From contig JAITRV010000272.1 in assembly GCA_031288215.1 (NCBI GenBank), positions 1-34,714 on the forward strand: DNA of 34,714 nt, given 5' to 3'. Each line of letters starts with the position of its first letter. Position 1 is the stretch's first letter. This document shows positions 1 to 8,519 of this stretch, piece by piece. The DNA is from Spirochaetaceae bacterium (GTDB lineage Bacteria > Spirochaetota > Spirochaetia > Treponematales > Breznakiellaceae). A model generated the notes under the pieces. That model had not been told where the DNA came from and did not search any database. It was given only the letters and a program-made list of their open reading frames with translations. Both the position numbers and the translations under genes were made by a program.

Positions 1-41
1 CCTTGATTACTCTCAATGACTCGATAGATCCAAAGAAATTT

Positions 42-124
42 AACCACGGACCACACGGACAAACACGGACAAACGCATGAATTTCAAACAACAAGTCCGT
101 GTTGGTCCGTGTGTGTCCGTGGTT
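42..124. repeat. Tandem-inverted repeat: three CACGGAC units, 24-nt loop, three GTCCGTG units
   Basis: Left arm 42-70 AACCACGGAC-CACACGGAC-AAACACGGAC; right arm 95-124 reverse-complements to AACCACGGAC-ACACACGGAC-CAACACGGAC; T-rich tail follows (125-138). Confidence 0.9.
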
Positions 125-177
125 CTTCTTCTTTTTTTGAGTAAATGCAGGAGCCCTGCGGTTCATTGGATGCTGTA

Positions 178-206
178 TTGAAAAACAGGGAGGGGCGGTT
201 TATACT
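178..206 (+). promoter_or_regulatory. sigma70-type promoter for Uma2-rdgB
   Basis: TTGAAA(178-183)-17 nt-TATACT(201-206); SD AGGAGG 213-218 before ATG 224. Confidence 0.65.
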
Positions 207-223
207 GAGGGCAGGAGGCAGTC

Positions 224-817
224 ATGGTACCGGCAGAGAACCAGCAGCGGGAAGGCCCGCTGCCGTCCCCCTCCGGCGGGACCTATACCTATGCGGATTG
301 TCTTTCCTGGGGTGAGGAAGTCCGGGCCGAGATAATCGACGGGGAAATCGTCATGACGGCCCCTCCCATGAGGCGGCATCAGGAGATAAGCCGGAATTTG
401 TTCTTAAAAATAGGGAATTTTTTGGAGGGTAAACCCTGCCGCCTCTACGCCGCCCCCTTCGCCGTCCGCATCTTCCCCCGGCCGGACAACAGTGACCACA
501 CGGTCCTGGAACCGGACCTCGTGGTGGTCTGCGACAGCGCAAAACTTGACGACCGGGGCTGTAACGGTCCTCCGGATCTGATTGTCGAGATCCTCTCCCC
601 CACCACCGCCCACCTTGACAGCGGTGTCAAATTCCGCGCGTACCTCCAGGCGGGGGTTCGGGAATACTGGATCGTGGACGGGGACGCCAAAACGGTCCAT
701 GCCGGTGTCCTCCACGCTAACCAATACCTGGTCTCCGTCTATGACGAAACCCAGACGGCGCCGGTCACGGTCCTGCCGCCCTGCCGCATAGAGCTCCGCT
801 CCGTCTTTGCCGGGTAG
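224..817 (+). CDS. Uma2 family (PD-(D/E)xK-like) endonuclease
   Basis: YTYAD...EIIDGEI...P..RHQ...EPDLVVVCD...GPPDLIVEILSP...GVREYWIVD motifs; good SD. Confidence 0.9.
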   Translation: MVPAENQQREGPLPSPSGGTYTYADCLSWGEEVRAEIIDGEIVMTAPPMRRHQEISRNLFLKIGNFLEGKPCRLYAAPFAVRIFPRPDNSDHTVLEPDLVVVCDSAKLDDRGCNGPPDLIVEILSPTTAHLDSGVKFRAYLQAGVREYWIVDGDAKTVHAGVLHANQYLVSVYDETQTAPVTVLPPCRIELRSVFAG

Positions 818-829
818 GGACCGCCGCCC

Positions 830-1459
830 GTGACGATTTGGTTTGCCAGCGGAAACTTCCATAAGCGGGAAGAGCTTGCCGCCATCCTGGAAGGCCACCG
901 GATCCGGATCCCCCCGGAGGAGGGCATTGACTTTGCCCCCGAGGAGACCGGGGCCTGTTTCCTGGAAAACGCGCTTATCAAGGCCCGGGCCCTGTACCGG
1001 CAGGTTCTGGCCCCGGTCATTGCCGACGATTCGGGGCTCTGCGTTGACGCCCTGGGGGGCCGCCCGGGGATCTACTCCGCCCGCTACGGGAGTACCGTCG
1101 GACCGAAGGTCCGCAGACCAAAGGTCCGCAGACAGCCCCTGGACGACCGGGAACGGAACGCCCTGCTCCTGCGGGAACTGGAGGGACATTCCCAGCGGAG
1201 CGCCCGCTTCGTCTGCGCCATGGTCCTCCTCCTGGGGGAAGACCGCTTCTTCGCGGCCCAGGAAACCCTGGAGGGGGAGATAGTCCGGGAAAGCCGGGGT
1301 TCCGGGGGCTTCGGCTACGACCCCCTCCTCTACCTCCCCGGCCGGGGCTGTACCGTGGCGGAACTCAGCGAGGAGGAAAAGAACCGGATAAGCCACCGGG
1401 GAAAGGCCGGCCGGGTTATCCGGGAAATCCTCTCCGCCCTGTGGAGGGACTTCTTTTAA
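830..1459 (+). CDS. rdgB: Non-canonical purine NTP pyrophosphatase (RdgB/HAM1)
   Basis: ASGN.HK..E, ENA.IKA, ADDSGL.VDAL.G.PGIYSARY, GFGYDP, KNRISHRG motifs. Confidence 0.95.
   Translation: MTIWFASGNFHKREELAAILEGHRIRIPPEEGIDFAPEETGACFLENALIKARALYRQVLAPVIADDSGLCVDALGGRPGIYSARYGSTVGPKVRRPKVRRQPLDDRERNALLLRELEGHSQRSARFVCAMVLLLGEDRFFAAQETLEGEIVRESRGSGGFGYDPLLYLPGRGCTVAELSEEEKNRISHRGKAGRVIREILSALWRDFF
1099..1133. repeat. Tandem 15-bp mini-palindromes in frame inside rdgB (PKVRR x2)
   Basis: CGGACCGAAGGTCCG (1099-1113), CAGACCAAAGGTCCG (1114-1128), CAGAC; related CGGACCGGAGGTCCG at 14841-14855. Confidence 0.8.
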
Positions 1460-1609
1460 CCCAAAGGTACATCATTCAGATCAAGGAATCGCCGGAACCA
1501 CGGCGGGAACGGGCGGCAAGGGCAGGAGTCTCGCGGTTTTTCGGGAGCTTCATAATCTATGGAAGACTTCTCCTGTCGTAACTATTCAGCCGGATCCGGC
1601 AAAAATCTG

Positions 1610-1700
1610 TAATTCCTTATGCCGCAAGGTATTGCGTATTCAGGTTTATTCAGAGATCAAATGAGTCAAATCGGCTCATTCTTTATAATATAAGGAATGA
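1610..1700. repeat. Pair of 9-7-9 imperfect palindromes at left island edge
   Basis: TAATTCCTT-ATGCCGC-AAGGTATTG (1610-1634); TCATTCTTT-ATAATAT-AAGGAATGA (1676-1700). Confidence 0.6.
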
Positions 1701-1768
1701 GCTAAAAAGAGGCTGAATGATCAGCTCCTGTCAATGATTTTTTTAACTGATTTTTAACCTGATTTTTC

Positions 1769-1798
1769 TTGACAATATATCCGGTCAGGAGATATAAT
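1769..1798 (+). promoter_or_regulatory. Consensus sigma70 promoter of the ABC operon
   Basis: TTGACA(1769-1774)-18 nt-TATAAT(1793-1798); repeated GATTTTT tracts immediately upstream. Confidence 0.85.
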
Positions 1799-1803
1799 GG
1801 TTT

Positions 1804-1823
1804 TAACGTAAGCGCTTACGTTA
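1804..1823. promoter_or_regulatory. LacI-family operator (perfect 20-bp palindrome)
   Basis: TAACGTAAGCGCTTACGTTA with the GTAAGCGCTTAC core typical of LacI/GalR/CcpA sites, overlapping the expected +1. Confidence 0.8.
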
Positions 1824-1847
1824 CACTATTCAAACTGGGGAAGAACC

Positions 1848-1955
1848 ATGAAAATCAAGCGGATTGTATTGGCGTTTTTGGCGCTTGTTTCGTCTGTTTT
1901 CGCGTCCGGCAAACAGGGGAGCGTGTCAAACAAGCTTTTCATTTACGCGGCATGA
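1848..1955 (+). pseudogene. 5' remnant of an ABC substrate-binding protein gene (35 aa, not in ORF track)
   Basis: MKIKRIVLAFLALVSSVFASGKQGSVSNKLFIYAA*: signal peptide ending VFA-SG, then a KLxIY first strand typical of SBPs; purine-rich SD upstream. Confidence 0.6.
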
Positions 1956-2000
1956 TGTATACGGCCCCAGTAAAATTTCGGGATGATTGAGGAGGAAGAA

Positions 2001-3116
2001 ATGAGAAAAGGAAACATGGTGTTTTGTTGGGTACTGCTGGCGGTAACGCTTGTCTCCGCCCCTCTTTTTGCCGGAGGAAAAAAGGAACCCGCGGGGGGGC
2101 CTGTGGATCTCTCCGGCCTTAGCATGGAACAACTAATTGCGGGCGCGAAAAAAGAGGGACGTATCGAATCGGTAGGTATGCCTGACGATTGGGCTGACTG
2201 GGGCAGTTCCTGGAAGGCTCTTAACGAAAAATACGGGCTTACTCATTTTGATACCAATATGTCGTCGGCTGAAGAAATTGCCATTTTCAAGGCCGAAGCG
2301 GACAGCCCTACCAAGGATATAGGCGATGTGGGCCATGCCTACGGCAAGATTGCCATTGCGGAAGATGTGGTACAGGGGTATAAGCCCAGTACTTGGGACA
2401 GTATCCCCGACTGGGCCAAGGACCCTGACGGCCGCTGGATTTTAAGTTATACCGGGACTATGGCCTTCATTTATAATCCGCAGCTTACCGGAGGGCCGGT
2501 ACGGAGTTGGGCCGATGTGGCTAAGGGGAGCTATAAGGTCAGCGTCGGCGATGTTATCGGCGGCGCATCCTCCCAGGTTATGGTCATCAGCGCGGCCATT
2601 GCCAACGGCGGCGGTCTTTCCAATGTGCGTCCGGGCATTGAATTCTTCAAGACCCTTGCCAAGGCCGGACGCATCGATCCTGCCAACGGACAGTGGGTGG
2701 ACCGGCTTTCCCGGGGTGAGATAGCCCTGGCGGCCAATAACTACGATTTCAGGTTCCTCGGCTTCCGGGAGCAGGTCAGGGCTGTTGATTCGAAGCTAAA
2801 CCTCGAAGTGGGTATACCCCAGGATGGGGCCGTTACCTCAGGCTATTGCCTTATCTTCAATAAATATTCGCCCCATCCCCACGCAGCGGCCCTTACTATT
2901 GAGTACCTTTTAAGCGACGAGGGCCAGATAGACCGGGCCCGTGGTCTTGCCAAGCCCATACGGGATATACCGCTTCCGCCTGATGTCCAGGCCCGGGTGC
3001 TGCCCGGTTCGCAGTACGGGAATACGACGCCGGTTGCCGATGTGAACGTGCTTTCCGCGGCCTGCAGCGAAGTAGCCCGTCTTTGGGAGGCCGAAGTGCT
3101 TCCTCTCATGCAGTAG
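2001..3116 (+). CDS. ABC transporter substrate-binding protein (AfuA/PotD-like type II fold)
   Basis: SD GAGGAGG then ATG 2001; signal peptide LFAGGKKE; GMPDDWA.W, MSSAEEIA.F, WAKD.DG.W, PHPHAAAL..EY..SDEGQ motifs. Confidence 0.9.
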   Translation: MRKGNMVFCWVLLAVTLVSAPLFAGGKKEPAGGPVDLSGLSMEQLIAGAKKEGRIESVGMPDDWADWGSSWKALNEKYGLTHFDTNMSSAEEIAIFKAEADSPTKDIGDVGHAYGKIAIAEDVVQGYKPSTWDSIPDWAKDPDGRWILSYTGTMAFIYNPQLTGGPVRSWADVAKGSYKVSVGDVIGGASSQVMVISAAIANGGGLSNVRPGIEFFKTLAKAGRIDPANGQWVDRLSRGEIALAANNYDFRFLGFREQVRAVDSKLNLEVGIPQDGAVTSGYCLIFNKYSPHPHAAALTIEYLLSDEGQIDRARGLAKPIRDIPLPPDVQARVLPGSQYGNTTPVADVNVLSAACSEVARLWEAEVLPLMQ

Positions 3117-3135
3117 GTTTTTCCTTATAAGACAC

Positions 3136-3169
3136 GCCGATTCCCGTACCGCAGGGTCCGGAGATCGGC
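3136..3169 (+). other. Intercistronic stem-loop after the SBP gene
   Basis: GCCGATTCCCG...CCGGAGATCGGC; position typical of mRNA-stabilising hairpins in ABC operons. Confidence 0.45.
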
Positions 3170-3186
3170 ATTACAAGGGGTTTTAC

Positions 3187-4038
3187 TTGAACAAACGCCG
3201 TTCTTTTATCCATATAGCGCCGGTGATACCCTTTTTCTTACTCTGTATTTTCTTTTTGTTTTTTCCCCTTGGCAATATGGTTATCACCGGATTCAGATCT
3301 CCCCGGGGCGGGGGCTTTACCTTTCAAAATTACAAGGATATTTTTACTCAGGCCATCTATCTTGCGGCCATACGGAACAGTTGCTTTTTATCCTTTCTTT
3401 CCGCTTTTATCGGCCTGATTATCAGTTTTGCCACTGCCCTTTCTTTAAGCAAAATCAGCGAGCGTTCCAAGGGCCGCTTTATGTCCTTTCTTAACATGGT
3501 TTCCAATTTTGCGGGTCTTCCTTTAAGCCTTGCCTTTATGATCATGCTGGGAAACGCCGGGGTTATGGTGCTTATACTGAGGACTTTGGGGTTTGATATA
3601 GGCAGGTATTTTAACCTTTTTTCACGTCAGGGGCTTTTGCTACTCTATGTGTATTTTCAGATACCCCTGGGAACCCTGCTTATGATACCCGGTTTCCAGG
3701 CCATCAGAACAGAATGGAAGGAATCATCTGATTTGATGAGGGCCAACAGCCTGCAGTTCTGGTGGTATGTGGGGCTTCCCATGCTTATCCCCAGCTTTGC
3801 GGGAACCTACGGCATGCTTTTTGCCAACGCCCTCACCGCTTATGCCACGCCTTATATGGTGATGTCAACCAACTATCCGTTGCTTCCTCTTAAAGTAACC
3901 ACCATGTTTACCGGAGAGGTGGCCCGGCAGCCGGAAATGGGTTCGGCCCTTTCTCTGGTGATGATCTCGATTATGCTTTTGGTTATCGGTCTGTGTAATC
4001 TCTTTAAAACGATTTTTTATAAAGGGGGCAGGAGATGA
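3187..4038 (+). CDS. ABC permease (PotB-like)
   Basis: Multiple TM segments; EWKESS...AN..QFWW.VG.P EAA-type loop. Confidence 0.9.
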   Translation: MNKRRSFIHIAPVIPFFLLCIFFLFFPLGNMVITGFRSPRGGGFTFQNYKDIFTQAIYLAAIRNSCFLSFLSAFIGLIISFATALSLSKISERSKGRFMSFLNMVSNFAGLPLSLAFMIMLGNAGVMVLILRTLGFDIGRYFNLFSRQGLLLLYVYFQIPLGTLLMIPGFQAIRTEWKESSDLMRANSLQFWWYVGLPMLIPSFAGTYGMLFANALTAYATPYMVMSTNYPLLPLKVTTMFTGEVARQPEMGSALSLVMISIMLLVIGLCNLFKTIFYKGGRR

Positions 4039-4841
4039 AACGTTCGTCCATGCTGCCCTATATTACCCTTGCCCTGGTGGGGATCTTTTTGCTTCTTCCC
4101 ATTTTCACCATAGGAATCTACTCCTTTGTAACCACCTGGAAAGGCGTACTGCCCCAGGGTTTTACCCTCCGGTACTATGCGCAGGTATTTAGGGATCCCC
4201 GCTTTACGGCATCCGTAATCAGGGTCGTATCCATCAGCGTAGCGCCTATTCTGATAAGCGGTACCTTGGTGCTCCTGGCCCTGTATTCTTCTATACTATA
4301 TTTTCCCTGGCTGGATAAATACATCCAGAGTATTTGTATGCTGCCCCGTACCATGAGCGGCGTTATCATGGCGATTTCGGCCCTGTCCCTCTATGCGGGA
4401 ACCAGGACGCCCTTTGCAAACCGCATTGTCATGCTTACCTGCCTGTACTGCATTACCATACTTCCCTTTATCTACCAGGGTATCAGAAATAATCTCCATG
4501 CCGTCAATATTCATCAGCTTATTGAGGCCGCTGAAATTCTCGGTGCGGGCAAGCTCTACGCCTTTTTCCGTATTGTGATTCCCAATATCCTGTCGGGCAT
4601 CATGGTATCGGCCCTGCTTGGCATGTCCGCCATATTCACCGATTATGTGGTGGTTAAAATTATCGCCGGCAGCCGCTATATTACCGCACAACAGGTCTTG
4701 TACAGCGCCCGTGATCAGATGGGACAGTATTCCAGCGTTATTGTACTGATTATCTTTATACTGATAATGGTTATATCAGGAATTTCCTACAGCCTTAAAA
4801 ACAAAAGCAGTCAAACTAAGCCGGTTTCAACGGAAGAATAG
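4035..4841 (+). CDS. ABC permease (PotC-like)
   Basis: TM segments; LIEAAEILGA EAA motif; ATGA overlap with upstream gene. Confidence 0.9.
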   Translation: MKRSSMLPYITLALVGIFLLLPIFTIGIYSFVTTWKGVLPQGFTLRYYAQVFRDPRFTASVIRVVSISVAPILISGTLVLLALYSSILYFPWLDKYIQSICMLPRTMSGVIMAISALSLYAGTRTPFANRIVMLTCLYCITILPFIYQGIRNNLHAVNIHQLIEAAEILGAGKLYAFFRIVIPNILSGIMVSALLGMSAIFTDYVVVKIIAGSRYITAQQVLYSARDQMGQYSSVIVLIIFILIMVISGISYSLKNKSSQTKPVSTEE

Positions 4842-4870
4842 ACCAGGCAAATATCGTTTATGGAGTGGTT

Positions 4871-5881
4871 ATGGCGTACATACAGTTTGAAAATATCGAG
4901 AAGAAGTTTGACAACAATACCCACGCTTTAAGGGGAATAAACCTTAGTGTCGAGAAAGGTGAGTTGGTTACCCTTTTAGGACCTTCAGGTTGCGGCAAGA
5001 GCACCTTGCTTCGCTGCCTTGCGGGGCTTGAGTCGGTGAACAGCGGAAAAATCTACCTTGACAATAATGACATTACCGGTCTTTCTCCAAAACAAAGGGA
5101 GATAGGGATGGTGTTCCAGCAGTACAGCCTCTTTCCCAACATGACGGTGGAGCAGAATGTGGGCTTTGGCCTTAAGATCAAAAGGATGGAAAAGAAACTT
5201 ATCCGGGAGAAGGTAAAGACCATGCTAGACCTGGTGGGTCTTTCGGAAAAGCCGCGTCAGTACCCTCATCAGCTTTCAGGGGGGCAGCAGCAGCGCGTGG
5301 CCCTGGCCCGGGCCCTGGTTATGGAACCAAAGGTGCTGCTCCTTGACGAACCCATGAGCGCCATAGACGCCCTTTTAAGGCGGAGTCTCCAGATAGAGAT
5401 ACGGCGCATACAGCGGAGCCTTAAAATAACCACGATATTTGTAACCCATGATCAGGACGAAGCCATGGTCATGTCCGACCAGATACACCTGTTTAACGTG
5501 GGGGTCATTGAGCAGTCGGGAGTTCCTACAGAACTCTACACAAAGCCCCGGACTACTTTTGCCGCGTCGTTTATCGGACACTACAATATTGTAAAGGCGT
5601 CTGATTTTAATGCCCTGTCGGGACAGCGTTTTGAAGGTGAGCATGTGGCTATCAGGCCCGAAGTTATCGGCATAAGCGCCGACGGAAAGGACGGAGGGGA
5701 TATATGGCTTAAGGGGACGGTCAAGGGGAGCATACCCCATGGGAACGTGCTGCGGTATACGGTTAGCTGTGGGGCCGTGCAGTTTGACGCCGATGTACTC
5801 TTTGACGCATCCCGCCTTTTCAGCGAAAGCAAGGATGTATACCTTTCTTTTCCCCTGGATCAGATACTGTCCCTGCAATAA
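4871..5881 (+). CDS. ABC ATP-binding protein (PotA/AfuC family, C-terminal TOBE)
   Basis: GPSGCGKS, LSGGQQQR, LLLDEP, VTHDQDEA. Confidence 0.95.
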   Translation: MAYIQFENIEKKFDNNTHALRGINLSVEKGELVTLLGPSGCGKSTLLRCLAGLESVNSGKIYLDNNDITGLSPKQREIGMVFQQYSLFPNMTVEQNVGFGLKIKRMEKKLIREKVKTMLDLVGLSEKPRQYPHQLSGGQQQRVALARALVMEPKVLLLDEPMSAIDALLRRSLQIEIRRIQRSLKITTIFVTHDQDEAMVMSDQIHLFNVGVIEQSGVPTELYTKPRTTFAASFIGHYNIVKASDFNALSGQRFEGEHVAIRPEVIGISADGKDGGDIWLKGTVKGSIPHGNVLRYTVSCGAVQFDADVLFDASRLFSESKDVYLSFPLDQILSLQ

Positions 5882-5934
5882 GGACGGCCTATAGATGAAC
5901 ATAACCTTTTTCCTGAATCCAAGGGAGCATAGTA

Positions 5935-7281
5935 ATGAAAACAACCCTGGCGTATTTTGATATATTTCCGAAAATTGTACGTGCTCACAAGAAGGGGACT
6001 ATACGCATAGAACCCCGGGGGCTTCATGCGGCGTTTGAGGATGGCGTGCCTTATGAGCTTACGGTGGTGCCGATGAACGAGACCAATCTCAATGAGACCG
6101 AAAGGCCGTACCGGGTGTATGAACTGGCGCCCAAGGGGGGGAGCCTTGAGTTTTCCCATGAGTTTGGCGATGAAGGCCGCTATGCCCTGCGTATTAAACC
6201 CAAAAGGGAACTGCCGCCATCGCCGCCGAGGCGGCAACGCTGGCCCGCGTACCTGGTACCCCAGACTTTGTATGTATACGCCCTTGAAGAGGATCTGTTC
6301 CGTCTGCGTCCCTACCGGGGGGATATGCATGTTCATAGTTTCCGTTCCGACGGAGCGGAGTCGCCAGGGGTGGTGGTTTCGGATTACCGCAGGGCGGGGT
6401 TTGATTTTCTCGCCCTTACCGACCATGAACAGTACGATCCTTCTCTTGAGGCTATTGACGCCTTTAAAGGGGTTCCCATAGATCTTTGTCTGTTTCCCGG
6501 CGAGGAGGTGCATCCCCCTGGGGATAGTACCCATTATGTGCATTTTGCCGGGGCGTACAGTATCAATGATATTTTTAGGAATGAGCCGGGCCGTTACGAG
6601 AGGGAAATCGCCGAGACGGCCAAGGCCTTCGAGCTTCCCCAGGGCATTAATCCTTTAAAATACGCTTCCTGTCTTTGGGTATGCGGGGAAATTAACAAGG
6701 CCGGGGGCTTGTCCATCATGGTCCATCCTCATTGGATACAGGAGGATGCCTACCATATTCCTGAAAAGATGTGTATCTATATGCTCAGGAATGCTCCCTT
6801 TGACGCCTTTGAGCTGACCAGCGGCCATAGTCAGGCGGAAAATCAGATGCAGATAAGCCTTTGGCAGCAGCTCAGGGCCGAGGGTTGCGTCATTCCCGTT
6901 GTGGGTTCCAGTGATTCCCATAGCACGGAAGCGCCGGTTACCTGGTTTAATGTATCCAAGATGGCGGTTCTCGCTGAGGATTGCGGCAAGGACGGCATAA
7001 TGGACGCGGTGCGGAACAGACAGGTTGTGGTTATGGAACAGTACCCCGGCGAGGTCCTGCCCCGGCTTTACGGGGAATACCGGTATACCGCCTTTGCGCT
7101 TTTTCTTCTTGAGGAGTATTTTCCCCTTCATGACGAGCTTTGTTTTGAGGAGGGGAGGCTCATGAAGGAGTATGTCTGCGGCGATAGAGGGGCGGCGGAG
7201 CTTCTTGCGGTTCTGCGGGGGCGTTGCGGGGCTTTGATGCGGAAGTGCTGGGACGGATCGAAAACATCTCAAATATACTGA
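5935..7281 (+). CDS. PHP-domain metallo-phosphoesterase
   Basis: GDMHVHSFRSDG, LTDHE, GEEV, HPHW, GSSDSH metal-binding motifs. Confidence 0.85.
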   Translation: MKTTLAYFDIFPKIVRAHKKGTIRIEPRGLHAAFEDGVPYELTVVPMNETNLNETERPYRVYELAPKGGSLEFSHEFGDEGRYALRIKPKRELPPSPPRRQRWPAYLVPQTLYVYALEEDLFRLRPYRGDMHVHSFRSDGAESPGVVVSDYRRAGFDFLALTDHEQYDPSLEAIDAFKGVPIDLCLFPGEEVHPPGDSTHYVHFAGAYSINDIFRNEPGRYEREIAETAKAFELPQGINPLKYASCLWVCGEINKAGGLSIMVHPHWIQEDAYHIPEKMCIYMLRNAPFDAFELTSGHSQAENQMQISLWQQLRAEGCVIPVVGSSDSHSTEAPVTWFNVSKMAVLAEDCGKDGIMDAVRNRQVVVMEQYPGEVLPRLYGEYRYTAFALFLLEEYFPLHDELCFEEGRLMKEYVCGDRGAAELLAVLRGRCGALMRKCWDGSKTSQIY

Positions 7282-7508
7282 CGGGCAAGGTAGCGATGTC
7301 AAGCTTCCTTGGGCGTTATATCACATATTGGGTAAAACTTGAAGGGTACGGCGCGAATACTATACTTATTGTGGATGATTCCAATCCGGGCATTAGCGGT
7401 TCCTCGGGCGATCCGGTTAGCGGCAGTTCCGTTGTCGGCTGTCCCATTGAGGGAAGTGTCGAATTATCGTTTGACACACAGAAACTACATGTGATTAATG
7501 CGGAATAA
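7257..7508 (+). pseudogene. 3' remnant (TOBE-like C-terminus) of a second ABC ATPase
   Basis: ILTGKVAMSSFLGRYITYWVKL...VELSFDTQKLHV resembles PotA/MalK C-termini; no ATPase core upstream; stop lies 3 nt before the MBL ATG. Confidence 0.6.
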
Positions 7509-7511
7509 GGT

Positions 7512-8519
7512 ATGCTTTCAGTCGATTTTATCAATGTCGGATACGGCGATTCGATTCTTGCCCGTGATACCGGCGAAGGGGAGCGCGGGCCTTTTACACT
7601 CTTAATTGACAGCGGTGATACGAATACTGGCGCGGCATATCCAAATTCATGCCGCATCAACGCGGCGGATTTTCTTAAACAGGAAGGCGTTACGGAGATT
7701 GACGTGCTTTTACTTACGCATCTGCACCGCGATCACATCGGCGGACTTCCGAAAATTATAGAAAACACTGTGGTAAAAGAATTATGGACGAATTATATTC
7801 CCGATTTCCCTACGGGGAAAACAGAAGTACGGCAAGGAACCCATTGGGATGATGCCGGCAAAGATACTGCCTTTTCGCTGAATTTGTATCTTGACATACT
7901 AGAGAAGCTACGCGCAACTGGTACAATTTTTAGGGTTTTGAACAGTACCGTGACTCCTTCTTTTTCAAAGCGGATTGGCGAAAGGTTTTTTATTGAATGC
8001 GCTTTTGCGGATTCAATACTATATCGGAGACAGAATGAACTTGCCGCAGATATCTTCTCCCGTAAAAAGAATACCGTGGATACAAAAGATGAATATCTGT
8101 ATAACAAAATAAAGAATTTAAATTCAATTTTGAATGACTCAAGTATCCGCGTAACTTTAAAACACAAGGATACGGTAATAGCGCTGCCGGGAGACGTAAG
8201 CGCTTCATCATGGCTGCGGAATCAGCCCAAAAAATGCACTGTCCTTAAAATACCACATCACGGTCACCGCGATGGAATGTCGGAAGAACTTGTTTCGTTT
8301 TTGAGACCGGAGTATTTTGTTTTAAGCGTGAGTAATGACCGAAAAGACGCGTGTCCGCATTCCGATTCTGTTGCTATTATAAAAAAATACGCAAAAAAAT
8401 GCTTTGTTACCGATGCATTGTCCATTCCCCTTGTTGCGGAAAAGAAATTTCATTCATCAGTGCGGTTTAAATTTGAAGACGGGATTATTTTTGCGGGATC
8501 GCACAGGTGCCGCGTATGA
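7512..8519 (+). CDS. MBL-fold metallo-hydrolase (ComEC/Rec2-like)
   Basis: FINVGYGDS, LIDSG, THLHRDH (HxHxDH), PGD, KIPHHG. Confidence 0.9.
   Translation: MLSVDFINVGYGDSILARDTGEGERGPFTLLIDSGDTNTGAAYPNSCRINAADFLKQEGVTEIDVLLLTHLHRDHIGGLPKIIENTVVKELWTNYIPDFPTGKTEVRQGTHWDDAGKDTAFSLNLYLDILEKLRATGTIFRVLNSTVTPSFSKRIGERFFIECAFADSILYRRQNELAADIFSRKKNTVDTKDEYLYNKIKNLNSILNDSSIRVTLKHKDTVIALPGDVSASSWLRNQPKKCTVLKIPHHGHRDGMSEELVSFLRPEYFVLSVSNDRKDACPHSDSVAIIKKYAKKCFVTDALSIPLVAEKKFHSSVRFKFEDGIIFAGSHRCRV

Noticed and set aside
42-124. Possible CRISPR array
   Set aside because: Units are 9-10 nt with no spacers and are inverted; no cas genes in the window
224-817. Uma2 nuclease as a defence system
   Set aside because: Stand-alone gene with no methylase, antitoxin or other defence partner nearby
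1769-1990. 73-aa ORF starting at TTG 1769
   Set aside because: Its start codon is part of the -35 hexamer and it runs through the promoter and operator
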